This document shows, piece by piece, positions 48,234 through 58,786 of a stretch of DNA of 64,000 nt (the stretch's first letter is position 1; each line of letters opens with the position of its first letter). The notes beneath the pieces were generated by a model, which saw only the letters and a program-made list of their open reading frames with translations, searched no databases and was not told the origin of the DNA. The position numbers were made by a program, and so were the translations under genes. Origin of the DNA: Sulfurimonadaceae bacterium (lineage in GTDB: Bacteria > Campylobacterota > Campylobacteria > Campylobacterales > Sulfurimonadaceae); contig JBFFUI010000001.1 of the NCBI GenBank assembly GCA_041571435.1, positions 64,001-128,000 of the forward strand. The letters run 5' to 3'.

Positions 48234-48980
48234 TTAGTGCGTCCACTCCGTTACAAACGTCGGTGTCACCGCCCCTTTAAAAGTGATCGTTCCGTCACCG
48301 AGTCCGAGGTAGAGCGTATCGCCGCTGGTCGGATAGACTTTGGTACTGTCGCCGACCAGCCCCTCTTGGTTGGCACGGTAGAAACAGGCCGCCATCCCCG
48401 TACCGCACGCCAAGGTCTCGTCTTCGACCCCGCGTTCATAGGTACGAACACGGATCGTGCCGTCTTCCTGCACCTTGGCGATATTGACATTCGCGTTGTA
48501 TTGGTAGCGTAGTTCACGCGCCCCAATGGTGTCAAAGTTGTCGATGTCGGCATCGAATGTCACCAGATGTGGCACTCCCGTGTCGAGAAGCCACCACACT
48601 TTACCGCCATGCTCGATACTTTTTTCGAGCACGCGCGGCGGTGTCAGGTCGCTCTGCACCATCTCGCCGTCGACATGGGCCTTGATCTCACCTGCCAATG
48701 TCAGGAAAGTCATGTTTTCCGGAGCAAGACCGTAACGTACCGCATAGTGGGCACAGGCACGTGAACCGTTACCGCACATCTCGGCACTCGAGCCGTCGGC
48801 ATTATAAAACTCCCACTCAAAATCAAGTGTAGCATGCGGTACGAGTACAATAAGACCGTCCGCACCGATGCCGGACTGACGATCACAAAGCTCTTTTGCC
48901 AACGCCGAACGATCTTTTTTACCAAACGCGTGAAACAGTACAAAGTCGTTGCCGTTAGCAGAATATTTTGCGATCATCAT
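48234..48980 (-). CDS. dapF: Diaminopimelate epimerase
   Basis: GNDF, GIGADG, EMCGNG.R, TGVPH, ERGV..ETLACGTG. Confidence 0.95.
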   Translation of the reverse strand: MMIAKYSANGNDFVLFHAFGKKDRSALAKELCDRQSGIGADGLIVLVPHATLDFEWEFYNADGSSAEMCGNGSRACAHYAVRYGLAPENMTFLTLAGEIKAHVDGEMVQSDLTPPRVLEKSIEHGGKVWWLLDTGVPHLVTFDADIDNFDTIGARELRYQYNANVNIAKVQEDGTIRVRTYERGVEDETLACGTGMAACFYRANQEGLVGDSTKVYPTSGDTLYLGLGDGTITFKGAVTPTFVTEWTH

Positions 48981-49015
48981 GACAGCTTCCTCATTAATTA
49001 AATTGTGTGATTATA

Positions 49016-49624
49016 CTATTTTTTAGGCGCGGGGTATTTTGCTTTGATCCTGTCGACAAAAGCGGCACACTCTTTTTGAAGATGTTTAAGGTCAAGCGAG
49101 TTATCGATCACCCATGTCGCCCGTGCCTTCTTCTCATCGATCGGCATCTGCGAGGCGATGCGGCGCTTGGACTCCTCTTCACTGTACCCGTTGCGTTTCA
49201 TAAAGCGTTCCAGCTGTACATCGGCAGGGGTATAGACCACAACCGAATCCTTTATATCGTAGGCATTGCTCTCGAAAAAAAGAGGGATATCGATCAGATA
49301 GGGGTACTTGAAGCTGTCCTGTTTCTCGCTTTGGCGTTCGATCTCTTCACGGATCAGCGGGTGCAGAAACGCTTCAAGCTCCTCTCTCTTCTTCTTGTCG
49401 GCAAAGACAACTTTTCCCAGGGCGGGACGGTCGACTTTACCGCGGGGCGTAATAAACGCTTCTCCGAAGTGCTCTTTGACCCAAGCCGTGTTTTGGTCAA
49501 GGATCTTATGCGAGATAGCATCGGCATCGATAATACGCAGACCGCTTAGACCCAAAAGAGAGGCGACAGTACTCTTGCCTGTTGCAATACCACCAGTCAA
49601 AGCGATCGCGTATTTGAATGCCAT
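49016..49624 (-). CDS. coaE: Dephospho-CoA kinase
   Basis: LTGGIATGKS, IDAD, LHP, DIPLFFE. Confidence 0.95.
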   Translation of the reverse strand: MAFKYAIALTGGIATGKSTVASLLGLSGLRIIDADAISHKILDQNTAWVKEHFGEAFITPRGKVDRPALGKVVFADKKKREELEAFLHPLIREEIERQSEKQDSFKYPYLIDIPLFFESNAYDIKDSVVVYTPADVQLERFMKRNGYSEEESKRRIASQMPIDEKKARATWVIDNSLDLKHLQKECAAFVDRIKAKYPAPKK

Positions 49625-50178
49625 CAGTTTTTAATAATGCCTAGGTAGGTTTTACGGATGTAGTTCGGTGTTGCGAACGCTGCCGGGTGGATGTCACAGT
49701 TATAGTACTGTTGACCATCAAGCATGTCTGCTCGGTGCAGGATGATATCCGCTGTCGGGTGATAGGCTTTGGAAGCGAGCAGCAGGGTTTCACCATTACC
49801 GATGTAATACGGCATGATGATCTTGAAATAGTTCCCGATGATCCCCATCAGATTTTTGTTGTCCGCTTCATTGTCAAGAGAAGGGTGCTTCATAACGACA
49901 AGGCCGTCATCGGTTAAGATACGGTTGACGTGGGCAATGGCTGCCGCATCCTCTGTCATGACATCCATCAGGACAACGTCTGCCGAACCATCCGGTTCGC
50001 CGCGCAGAGATGTCATCAGGTCTGCTGCCGGAACAGTTTTGCTCTTCATTGAATCGTGGCGGGCCACTTCCCTCTCAAGTGCGGTAGCATCGTCGCTTAC
50101 AATCAGTACGTTTTCTGGTTTTTTTACTGTACACAGTGGAACGTGTACCATCATCTCCGGATAAATAAACTCTTTCAT
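49624..50178 (-). CDS. Short spermidine synthase-like protein
   Basis: EFIYPEMMVHVP and YYN.DIH.AAFA.P match SpeE segments; Gly-rich dcSAM motif and N-terminal domain absent. Confidence 0.65.
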   Translation of the reverse strand: MKEFIYPEMMVHVPLCTVKKPENVLIVSDDATALEREVARHDSMKSKTVPAADLMTSLRGEPDGSADVVLMDVMTEDAAAIAHVNRILTDDGLVVMKHPSLDNEADNKNLMGIIGNYFKIIMPYYIGNGETLLLASKAYHPTADIILHRADMLDGQQYYNCDIHPAAFATPNYIRKTYLGIIKN

Positions 50179-50445
50179 AATTGGTTATTTCCTTAACTTT
50201 GGTGTTCAAAGACACCTTTATAGTGACGCGATTTTAACATCTTTAGATTAAGGGGTTCTCTTAAAAACGCGACTTCTCAAAAAACTAAGTTTGTATGCTG
50301 CAAAAACAAAACTGTTTCATCAATGTTCCTGGCGACATTCCAGCCTTGGAGACTGCGCTTGGATCCCTTTTATTACAAGACATGAATCAAAATAAACATA
50401 ACTAATATAATTATTTTATGTTACCATCAAGCAATTACAAAAAAA

Positions 50446-51348
50446 GTGACTGCCATGGTACGTTTAGTTTTCATCTTCATTATAACAGGTTCGCTTGTAC
50501 TGTTTGCATCCGATATCGACTTGAACGCGTCAAAAGGGACCGACCAGAGTGTCATCGCTTCGCTTTCTCCTGCCAAAGCACAGCTCGATGTATGGAACAA
50601 CGCCAAGATCGAGATCTCGTTTAACGTCCCGATCGACGCTTCGAGCGTGCAAAAGAACAATGTCAAGCTTGTGCATCTCTCCTCCAGGACCAACGACCAC
50701 ATCGACGGCACCATCAGTTATGACAAATACGACAACAAAGTCGTTTTTGTGCCAAGCGCTTTACTCCCGATGGGCACTTATGAAGTGGAGATCAAAAGCC
50801 TCAAGCCGACCAAAGAACATCAAAACGAACAGATCAAGGAGATCAAGTACCGTTTTTATGTTCCCGAAGTGATTAATGACCACCAGCTGCCGCCGGAACC
50901 TGATCCTACAGTCAACAACTCAACGTTGCTTGGGATCGACGTGAACAATAACGGTGTACGAGATGATGTTGAACGTTATCTATTAAACAAATATAGAAAC
51001 CATCATCACATCGTTATCGAAATGGCGCTTCAACATGCCAGAGCTTTTCAGATCGTTATCGCCAACCCGCAAGATGCCAAAAATACTTATCACTTTATCA
51101 ATGATGCACAAGATTGTAATTTTTACTTTCAAGATGATGCAGAAGAATTTGGTGATCCGGTTTTGATTGATCATGAAATATTTAACAATGCATTCAAAAA
51201 CATCCAATTAAATACCCCAACACGCATTAAAGCTTATCTAGAATATGACCGACTTCTCAGTGGAGACATTTATCCATTAACACCGATTCAAGAGCAAAAA
51301 GCCAAATGTGATTTTGATGTCGATACATTGCTAGGTAAAGAAAGATGA
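50446..51348 (+). CDS. Exported Ig-like (Big_5-type) domain protein with C-terminal LPPEPD..GID.NNNGVRDDVE domain
   Basis: Signal peptide; SP....I.I.FN.PID..SV...F.P...L..GTY Ig motif; Asp/Asn Ca-binding-like loop. Confidence 0.7.
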   Translation: MTAMVRLVFIFIITGSLVLFASDIDLNASKGTDQSVIASLSPAKAQLDVWNNAKIEISFNVPIDASSVQKNNVKLVHLSSRTNDHIDGTISYDKYDNKVVFVPSALLPMGTYEVEIKSLKPTKEHQNEQIKEIKYRFYVPEVINDHQLPPEPDPTVNNSTLLGIDVNNNGVRDDVERYLLNKYRNHHHIVIEMALQHARAFQIVIANPQDAKNTYHFINDAQDCNFYFQDDAEEFGDPVLIDHEIFNNAFKNIQLNTPTRIKAYLEYDRLLSGDIYPLTPIQEQKAKCDFDVDTLLGKER

Positions 51349-52455
51349 AACAGCATACGTTCGCCATTTTATTTTTTTTAATGACGACACTTTTGCATTC
51401 TGAAAGCCTGACGATCAATGAACGAAAAACAGATGTATATTTTGCCAATGGAGTTTTGACAGAACAACTAAAAGCATATAGTCATATGAAGTTGATACGA
51501 AAAAGAGTTAAATCGTCTATGTATGATAATTCATCAGAAAAAATGCAAAAAGACTTGAATTTCGATATTGCCTATAATTCAACATTAGGAACGTCAGAAG
51601 ATTATTACGAAACTTACTTACAGATTGATGAGGAGAAACCTGGGTTTTTTGATGATCTTAGATCGTTTTGGGGTCGCTTTGTTACAAATGGTGTTATTGA
51701 TGATGTAGAAGAGCAGATTGCAGATGCAAAATTGCATGAAGAAATGGTGCGACAAGTACACGATGCAGACTTAGAAGTGCAAATCACAAATTATGAGAGC
51801 TCTATCAATAACGGACATGCCATAGCCGTTATCAGTCATTCACAAGGGAACTTGTTTACGAATGAGGCTTATGCGGCGGTTACGGCCGGAGATAAAAACG
51901 CATGGCGGAAAAAATATTTTAAAGCTTTCGCCGTTGCGACGGCCGCTACAAAACTGCTTGAGGAAAAGCAATATAACCCTTCCATTGTTTTTGATAACGA
52001 TCCTCTTTCACGGATGGCTACCTATTTTGGATTTAAAAAAACATATAATCCAAATAGATACCAGGAACAAAAAAAAGATCAATGGGGTGATTTGAATTAT
52101 TATGACAATACAAATGCACTTTTTCATTCCTTTAAATACTATATGGGTGAACCAATCCAATACACGGACGGACATGGTGATCATAATGTTTCTACAAACA
52201 TCGCTAAAGATCAAATTTTAGGTTTTATTGAAGATAGTGTTGTCAAACGATGAAACAATCGCATACGTCGCCGACTGGAGCGGAGGGGTAGTGGTATTGG
52301 ATGTCAGCGATCCGGCTCAACCGCATCCGATTAGCAGTTATGGCGGTACTGAAGTCGTACAAGATATCAGCTTGAACGAAAATGGTGACACACTATTTGT
52401 AGCCGACTGGTACGGTGACCTTCACGTTGTCGATGTGAGCATCCTAAACCATTGA
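51345..52455 (+). pseudogene. Exported alpha/beta-hydrolase (lipase-like) gene, internally deleted and joined out-of-frame to LVIVD-like beta-propeller repeats
   Basis: FANGV, SHSQGNLF, NDP, H.F..Y in 51345..52253; AYVADW.GG...LDVSDP and LFVADW.G.L.VVDVS repeats in another frame (52228..52455) without a clear RBS. Confidence 0.6.
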
Positions 52456-52562
52456 ACGTTCATACGTATGGAACCGTAGAAGGGTACGGCTTCCGCCGTT
52501 AATCCCATCCTAACATCACCTCTGCTATAATCGCGATAATCATTATATTTAGCGGAGCCATC

Positions 52563-53558
52563 ATGAGCCAGATCAGCTACAAAGACGCAGGTGTCGATAT
52601 CGATGCCGGAAACAGTTTTGTCGAGAACATCAAACCTTTAGTTAAATCTACACGTATCCCGGGCGTACTTGGCGGTATCGGTTCATTTGCAGGTGCATTC
52701 GAACTGCCTACAGGCTATAAAGAGCCCGTAATGCTTGCTGCGACGGATGGCGTCGGTACCAAGCTTAAACTGGCGATCGATTCGGGTATCCACAACACGG
52801 TCGGTATCGACCTTGTTGCAATGTGCGTGAACGACCTTATCTGTAACAACGGTACCCCGTCATTTTTCCTGGACTACTATGCAACCGGCAAACTCGAAGT
52901 CGATGTCGCAACAGCGGTGGTCTCAGGGATCGCCGAAGGGTGTCGTCAGGCGGAGTGTGCACTTATCGGTGGCGAGACGGCTGAGATGCCGGGTATGTAC
53001 AGTGAAGACGACTACGATCTGGCCGGTTTTGCGGTCGGTGTCGCAGAGAAGTCTGAACTGGACACGGTTAGCAATGTCCGTCCGGGGGACAAACTTTTGG
53101 CACTGCCGAGTTCAGGCCTTCACTCAAACGGCTTCTCTCTGGCACGCAAGGTGCTTTTTGAAAAGATGAACCTCGACTTCAACGAGGATTTCAATGGCAA
53201 GCCGCTGATTGAAACACTGTTGACACCGACAAACATCTATGTCAAGACCTACAAAAAATTCAAACCGCAGATCCAGGCGATGGCACACATCACCGGCGGT
53301 GGACTTGTCGAGAACCTGCCACGTGTTCTTCCTGAAAACATGCGTGCCGTTATCAAAGACGAAAACATACGCGTCCTGCCTATCTTCGACCTTATCGGCC
53401 AGCATGTTGCCCGCGATGAGATGTTCAGAGCATTCAACATGGGTGTGGGCATGGTTCTCGTTGTTCGTCCCGAAGATGCAGCGACCATTCTTGCAGACTC
53501 AGACGCATATGAGATCGGTGAGATCACAGAAGGCCCACGCGAAGCGGTCATCGTTTAG
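52563..53558 (+). CDS. purM: Phosphoribosylformylglycinamidine cyclo-ligase
   Basis: YKDAGVD, TDGVGTK, GGETAEMP, HSNGFS, HITGGG, FNMGVG. Confidence 0.97.
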   Translation: MSQISYKDAGVDIDAGNSFVENIKPLVKSTRIPGVLGGIGSFAGAFELPTGYKEPVMLAATDGVGTKLKLAIDSGIHNTVGIDLVAMCVNDLICNNGTPSFFLDYYATGKLEVDVATAVVSGIAEGCRQAECALIGGETAEMPGMYSEDDYDLAGFAVGVAEKSELDTVSNVRPGDKLLALPSSGLHSNGFSLARKVLFEKMNLDFNEDFNGKPLIETLLTPTNIYVKTYKKFKPQIQAMAHITGGGLVENLPRVLPENMRAVIKDENIRVLPIFDLIGQHVARDEMFRAFNMGVGMVLVVRPEDAATILADSDAYEIGEITEGPREAVIV

Positions 53559-53713
53559 TTCAAAAAATCTTCAAAAAACAGTGCGCCTTTCACGGCAACG
53601 CTGTTGCATGCCTCTTCTATACTGTCAGGTTTAAAACATTTCTTTCATATACACTTATTTCTGCAACAACTTTTTCGCTATACTAAACAGGACACACCAT
53701 AAGACGGGAGCCT

Positions 53714-56260
53714 ATGAAATCGATCAACACCTTGATATTTCGGCACTTTTTCACCCAGGCGCTGCTGCCTATTCTGCTCATCGAGTTCTCGCTTATCATC
53801 ACCCTTTTTTTACTCAACAACTATCAGTCAAGACAGAATAAAGATGCGCTTGAGGGGATCGCGCATGAAGCCTTTATCGAGATCTCCAATCAGACCACAG
53901 CCCGCATCAACCAGCACTTCGTTCAGGCAAAAAATGCCCTTTTGCAACTCACCAACACCAGTGAGATCTTTCTTGACATGCGTCATCAGCGTCCAAAAAA
54001 CCCGCAAAACTACCAATATTACAACGGTTTTTACCAATACTCGCCGCCGCGCATCTCTCAAAATGGGTTCTACCAGTACAGACAGCCCAGCAAGACCCCC
54101 ATCTATACGACCAATCTAAAAAGACTGAATGATTACGACTACAGTATTTTAAACTCCTTCTTACCGCTTAGACCTATCGCGAAGGCGATCTTGAATACAC
54201 CGCACACGCTTATCACCAACATATGGGTGAACATCGACAAAAAATATGCCTTTGCCTTCCCGCCTATCAATCCGAAGAAAGAGCTCTCGCCAAAGCTGGA
54301 TGTGACCAAGCACGCTTTTTACTATAATGCCGATCCCCGACATAACCCTGAAAGACGTAGCCTGTTTGTACCTCTATACAAACAGGCTTGGGCCTTAGAG
54401 AACGGCGAACTTGGCACCTATGTCAAGCCCATCTATCACCAAAACAAGTTTATGGGCGTCATAGGCTTCACACTCAATGTCAAAGAGATCGCGAGTGTTA
54501 TCAACTCCCTTGAACTTCCATTTGAAGCACGGGCTATGCTGATGGACGATGAGAACACCCTCATTGCCTCTTCAAATCCGGCAGCGATAACTGCAGACTT
54601 TGGCGCACACTCGTTTTACCAGATCTACAAAGAGAAGATACCGGGCGATAAGAGCACGATGATGATCGATATGAAAAGTATTGATGACCCCCGTTATATA
54701 GCCTACACGATGTCCATTCAAGGAACAGACCTTAAAACTGTCATCTATGTTGAGAAGACGTCCATCTTCGCCCCTATCAATGCCGTCAGCAAACGCAGTA
54801 TCCAGGTCGGAGTCTCTTTTATTATCGTCATCGCACTCTTTTATCTCTTTTTCTTCTGGTTCAACTATGTCTCACTCAAGAGACTCTCACGATCCATCAC
54901 AAAACCGCTGACCGCCATCGTCACGTTTTCTTCACAGCTTGGCCGAAAAGAGAAGTTGCATCTAGAGAACTCCAAGATCAGTGAACTTGAGAGCCTCAAC
55001 ACCAACCTCAATCACACGCATGAAGAGCTTCTGGACATGTTGATCAAAGACAAAGAGACCGGTCTCTTTAACCGACGCAAGCTGGCTGATGACCTGTTCG
55101 AGACCGACGCATTATGCCTGGCAATACTCCATATTCAAAACTACCGGGCTATCTTGAACTATTACGGTCAAAACAGTGTATCTGCTCTGTTGGAAAGTAT
55201 CATAGAAGCGCTCAAAAAAGAGCCCTCTCTTATCCTCTATCGCATCGCCGACAATGAGCTTGCCATACTGCTGAACAACCGGGAACCAGAATACTTTTCC
55301 GCCTTGCTTCAACAGCTCAATGCGATCCGTACCACCTATAACACGGTAGATCTTCACCCCTTTGTCTATGCCGGTATCGCACTGGTCGAAAATGACGGCA
55401 GTGAGCTGGAAAAAGCGACCCTTGCACTGCAGAACGCCCTCGACAACCAGGTTTCGACACCGACCTACTACCAAGAAGCGTTTGACAGAAGCAGCCAGGT
55501 CCGCCAAAACCTGATGTGGGCCGGACATCTCAAAGACGCGATTGCAGAAGATCGTGTCAAACCCTATTTCCAACCTATCTATAACCTTAAAACAGAGCGC
55601 ATAGAGAAGTTTGAAGCGCTTGTTCGCATCGAAGAGGATGGAGAGGTCGTCGAACCCCACCACTTTTTGGAGAGTGCCGTGAAGATGGGGCGTATTCATG
55701 AGATCACCCTGCTGATGATAGATAGGGTCTTTCAGATTGCCGCACGTTACCCGGAGCTTACTTTCTCGATCAACCTCTCGTTTAAAGACATCCGTGACAC
55801 CCGCATCCTCGATGTCATCATCAGCCAATGTACCCATTTTAAGATCAAACCGCAGCAGATCGTCTTTGAGCTGCTTGAGACAGAAGCGATCGACGATCCG
55901 CAGCTGAGCATCGCATTTTTTACCACCTTGAAACAGGCCGGTTTTGCCATCGCCATCGATGATTTCGGTAGTGGGCACTCCAACTTTGCCAACTTCTCTT
56001 CCATGCAGGTCGACTTCATCAAGATCGACGGACAGTTTGTCAAAGACATTGACACCAACCCAAGTTCCTTCAACATCAGCAGAAGTATCAGCGAGTTTGC
56101 CAAAGTGATGGGGACTCAATGTATTGCTGAGTTCGTAAAAGATGAAGCGGCGCTTAAAAAAGTGCGCGAATTAGGGATCGACTACGCCCAGGGCTTCGTG
56201 ATCTCTCAAGCCGTTCCAGCAAATGAGATCGATGCCCTCTTAAAGCGAGTCAATGGCTGA
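53714..56260 (+). CDS. Membrane c-di-GMP phosphodiesterase (Cache-like sensor, HAMP-like, degenerate GGDEF, EAL)
   Basis: Two TMs; D.ETGLFNRR; GGDEF site reads IADNEL; FQPI, EALVR, DDFGSG, KIDG, AEFV, QG intact. Confidence 0.88.
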   Translation: MKSINTLIFRHFFTQALLPILLIEFSLIITLFLLNNYQSRQNKDALEGIAHEAFIEISNQTTARINQHFVQAKNALLQLTNTSEIFLDMRHQRPKNPQNYQYYNGFYQYSPPRISQNGFYQYRQPSKTPIYTTNLKRLNDYDYSILNSFLPLRPIAKAILNTPHTLITNIWVNIDKKYAFAFPPINPKKELSPKLDVTKHAFYYNADPRHNPERRSLFVPLYKQAWALENGELGTYVKPIYHQNKFMGVIGFTLNVKEIASVINSLELPFEARAMLMDDENTLIASSNPAAITADFGAHSFYQIYKEKIPGDKSTMMIDMKSIDDPRYIAYTMSIQGTDLKTVIYVEKTSIFAPINAVSKRSIQVGVSFIIVIALFYLFFFWFNYVSLKRLSRSITKPLTAIVTFSSQLGRKEKLHLENSKISELESLNTNLNHTHEELLDMLIKDKETGLFNRRKLADDLFETDALCLAILHIQNYRAILNYYGQNSVSALLESIIEALKKEPSLILYRIADNELAILLNNREPEYFSALLQQLNAIRTTYNTVDLHPFVYAGIALVENDGSELEKATLALQNALDNQVSTPTYYQEAFDRSSQVRQNLMWAGHLKDAIAEDRVKPYFQPIYNLKTERIEKFEALVRIEEDGEVVEPHHFLESAVKMGRIHEITLLMIDRVFQIAARYPELTFSINLSFKDIRDTRILDVIISQCTHFKIKPQQIVFELLETEAIDDPQLSIAFFTTLKQAGFAIAIDDFGSGHSNFANFSSMQVDFIKIDGQFVKDIDTNPSSFNISRSISEFAKVMGTQCIAEFVKDEAALKKVRELGIDYAQGFVISQAVPANEIDALLKRVNG

Positions 56261-56393
56261 CATTAGGGGTTACATAGATGATTATAAAAGAGATAGATAG
56301 TTAGGATAACATTGAAGATTGAAGCGGCAGAAGCCGCCGCCCACTTTGCGTTTTGGCACAAGCCGAGAAGCTTGGCCTCTGCCATAAGCGGTT

Positions 56394-57848
56394 TTAGCGC
56401 GCGTCGTACACATCCTTGCGCGGAAAGATAAATGTTGAAGGGCGATCGACGACGATACGCTCTTTGTCGTCTATTGCGTATGCCCGGATTGTGATCGGGA
56501 TGCTCGTATCCTTTGTGGCATCATCAACTAACAACTCATCAGCATAAAGAATGAGGACTTTCTTCTTTTTGGTACTCGGGTGTGCCGTAAACGGCTTAGT
56601 CGGTTTCAGGATCTTGATCTTGCCTTCATACGGTGCCGGTGCAATGACGTCAAAATAGAACTTATGGTCTTTGTTCTCTGTATTTTGAAGCATGAAGACA
56701 TAGGCATTATCGACACGCTTCACACCGTCCTCGACTACCTTGACATCATAGAGCCGACTCTCCTCTTTATTGATGTTAAGAAGCATATGCTCTTTTGTTG
56801 TACTCATAAAGCCAAGGATCACCATGATAATAACAAGGATCGCAGCATATCCAAGTACTTTCGGACGGAAGAAGTTTGTCTTACCCTCCTGGTAGATCAC
56901 CTCTTTATCACTTGACCAGCGGACAAGCGACTCTTTACCCAGTTTGCCCATGACGCTTGTACAGGCATCCACGCACTCCAGACAGTTGATACACTCTAAT
57001 TGCAGGCCCTGTCGGATATCGATATGTGTCGGACAGACAGTGACACAAGACTCGCACGCCGTACATTCTGAATTGGGCTCCACTGTACGGATATCTTTCT
57101 CTTTGGTATAGAGTTTGGTATGCTCATCATAGATCTTACCGCCTCGGTGCGGATCGTAGATCGCCATCACCGTATCATCATCGTAAAGTACCGACTGGAT
57201 GCGTGAATACGGGCAGACATAGACACAGAAATTCTCTTTGATCATGACAACATCAACGATCAGGAAAGCGGCAATACTGATCAATATACCCAAAAGAACC
57301 AAGTGCTCCATCGGATGTGCCATATAGGCGATGAAGTCTTCCGGCGGTACGAAATACCATAAGAAGTCTGCCGCTGCTACAAACGCCAGGACCGTCCATA
57401 ACAGTACTGCGATCACTTTTTTGACCTTGTTCTCCAGCTTCGACATATCGGGCTCTTGCTGCTTGTTTTTGATGCGTTTACGCAGTCGCAACAGCTTTGT
57501 CTCAATCAGGTCACGGTAGAGAACACGAAAAATCGTCTGAGGGCACATCCATCCGCAGAAAACGCGGCCACCGACGACCGTCAGTCCGAAGATACCGATA
57601 AACAGGATCATCAGGATAAACGGCATCAGATACATCTCCTGCATGTCAAACTGTATAAAAGCAAGATGCAGTTTCATTTTGTCAAACGACAGCAGGAAAA
57701 GGTGATTGCCGTTGATCGATATCCATGGTGCGATCAGTGCAAATGCCGTGACAAGGCCGAAGAACCAGTACCGCATAATCCGAAACGGGATCCACCCTTT
57801 TAGATAGTCTTTTGTCGATTTTTTTTCGACGGCTACAGTTTCACTCAT
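56394..57848 (-). CDS. ccoG: cbb3 oxidase accessory protein CcoG/FixG
   Basis: GRVFCGWMCPQT, FCVYVCPY, CTACESCVTVCP, CINCLECVDAC. Confidence 0.93.
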   Translation of the reverse strand: MSETVAVEKKSTKDYLKGWIPFRIMRYWFFGLVTAFALIAPWISINGNHLFLLSFDKMKLHLAFIQFDMQEMYLMPFILMILFIGIFGLTVVGGRVFCGWMCPQTIFRVLYRDLIETKLLRLRKRIKNKQQEPDMSKLENKVKKVIAVLLWTVLAFVAAADFLWYFVPPEDFIAYMAHPMEHLVLLGILISIAAFLIVDVVMIKENFCVYVCPYSRIQSVLYDDDTVMAIYDPHRGGKIYDEHTKLYTKEKDIRTVEPNSECTACESCVTVCPTHIDIRQGLQLECINCLECVDACTSVMGKLGKESLVRWSSDKEVIYQEGKTNFFRPKVLGYAAILVIIMVILGFMSTTKEHMLLNINKEESRLYDVKVVEDGVKRVDNAYVFMLQNTENKDHKFYFDVIAPAPYEGKIKILKPTKPFTAHPSTKKKKVLILYADELLVDDATKDTSIPITIRAYAIDDKERIVVDRPSTFIFPRKDVYDAR

Positions 57849-58510
57849 ACTTTCAACTCCTCTTTTGTTTTTCCGGTATGGGGACAGACGATCTTGTCTA
57901 TCACTTTCTCTTCCGCATTAGCGGGAACATCGAGCGTGACAAGACCTTTTGCCACCTCTTTGAGTTCACGTGACTCGATGTAGTCCTTTAACGAACTACG
58001 GCTTACATTCATCTCCCGCGCCATAGCACTCACACTTACGCCATTGCGGATATACCCGATAATCCGGTCGAGGTACGGATCGAACTTGGACGATGAACGG
58101 CTCCCTTTTGGACGACCAATCATCTTTTTCTCTCTGGTTTCGAGAACCTGACGCAACTGATCGATAAGACCCAGTACAAGCATCACATCACTTTTCTGGT
58201 CGATCACTACACCGGCATTGATCACATGGAGACGCATATTGTTTTTCAAAAGACAGGCACACATCTGCAAAAGATCCGTAATATTACTGCTCAATACCCA
58301 GATATCGGATATCAGAAGATCCCTGTTCTGATGGCTTTTAAAAAATTTTACAACCTCTTCACGTGCATCCAGCGTGTTGTTCTGTGAGGTATGATCAACA
58401 AATTCATCAGAGATTTCGATAGCATTTGCCAGCGCATACGCATTGATGCTTTTGAGCTGCTCAAAGGCACCGTCAAAATATTTATCTGGACGGATATAAC
58501 TAATAGCCAT
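57845..58510 (-). CDS. Serine-resolvase-like protein with C-terminal HTH, catalytic motif degenerate
   Basis: SYIRPD in place of Y.RVS; ..Q..I..YA; GRPKG followed by HTH (VSAMAREMNVSRSSL); start ATG 58510 after GGAGG. Confidence 0.7.
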   Translation of the reverse strand: MAISYIRPDKYFDGAFEQLKSINAYALANAIEISDEFVDHTSQNNTLDAREEVVKFFKSHQNRDLLISDIWVLSSNITDLLQMCACLLKNNMRLHVINAGVVIDQKSDVMLVLGLIDQLRQVLETREKKMIGRPKGSRSSSKFDPYLDRIIGYIRNGVSVSAMAREMNVSRSSLKDYIESRELKEVAKGLVTLDVPANAEEKVIDKIVCPHTGKTKEELKV

Positions 58511-58547
58511 TGACGAATAAACCTCCAATTTTTTTTATTTCATCATC

Positions 58548-58577
58548 ATTATAGACCATCTTGACGTTTAAAGTCAA
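58548..58577 (-). promoter_or_regulatory. sigma70 promoter overlapped by a palindrome
   Basis: Minus strand TTGACT-18-TATAAT; TTGAC-N7-GTCAA at 58561-58577 overlaps the -35 box. Confidence 0.6.
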
Positions 58578-58786
58578 TTGATTTTATATTATTTACGTCA
58601 CTCATACGCTTTGTCGAAAAATTGTGATTTTTCTGTGATATCTGCAGAAGGTGTTGAGCGCCTCTTCCGATGCCGTTTACCTTCTAAAAGTAACGGTGGG
58701 GTATAATAATAGAACACAAGGGCATCTCTAAAATTCTTACTATAAAAAGAGTTTTACAGTTACCCTCAATAGCGAGAGGAGAGGGT

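Noticed and set aside
55050-55450. Active diguanylate cyclase domain
   Set aside because: The signature reads ADNEL; degenerate GGDEF-EAL hybrids are common
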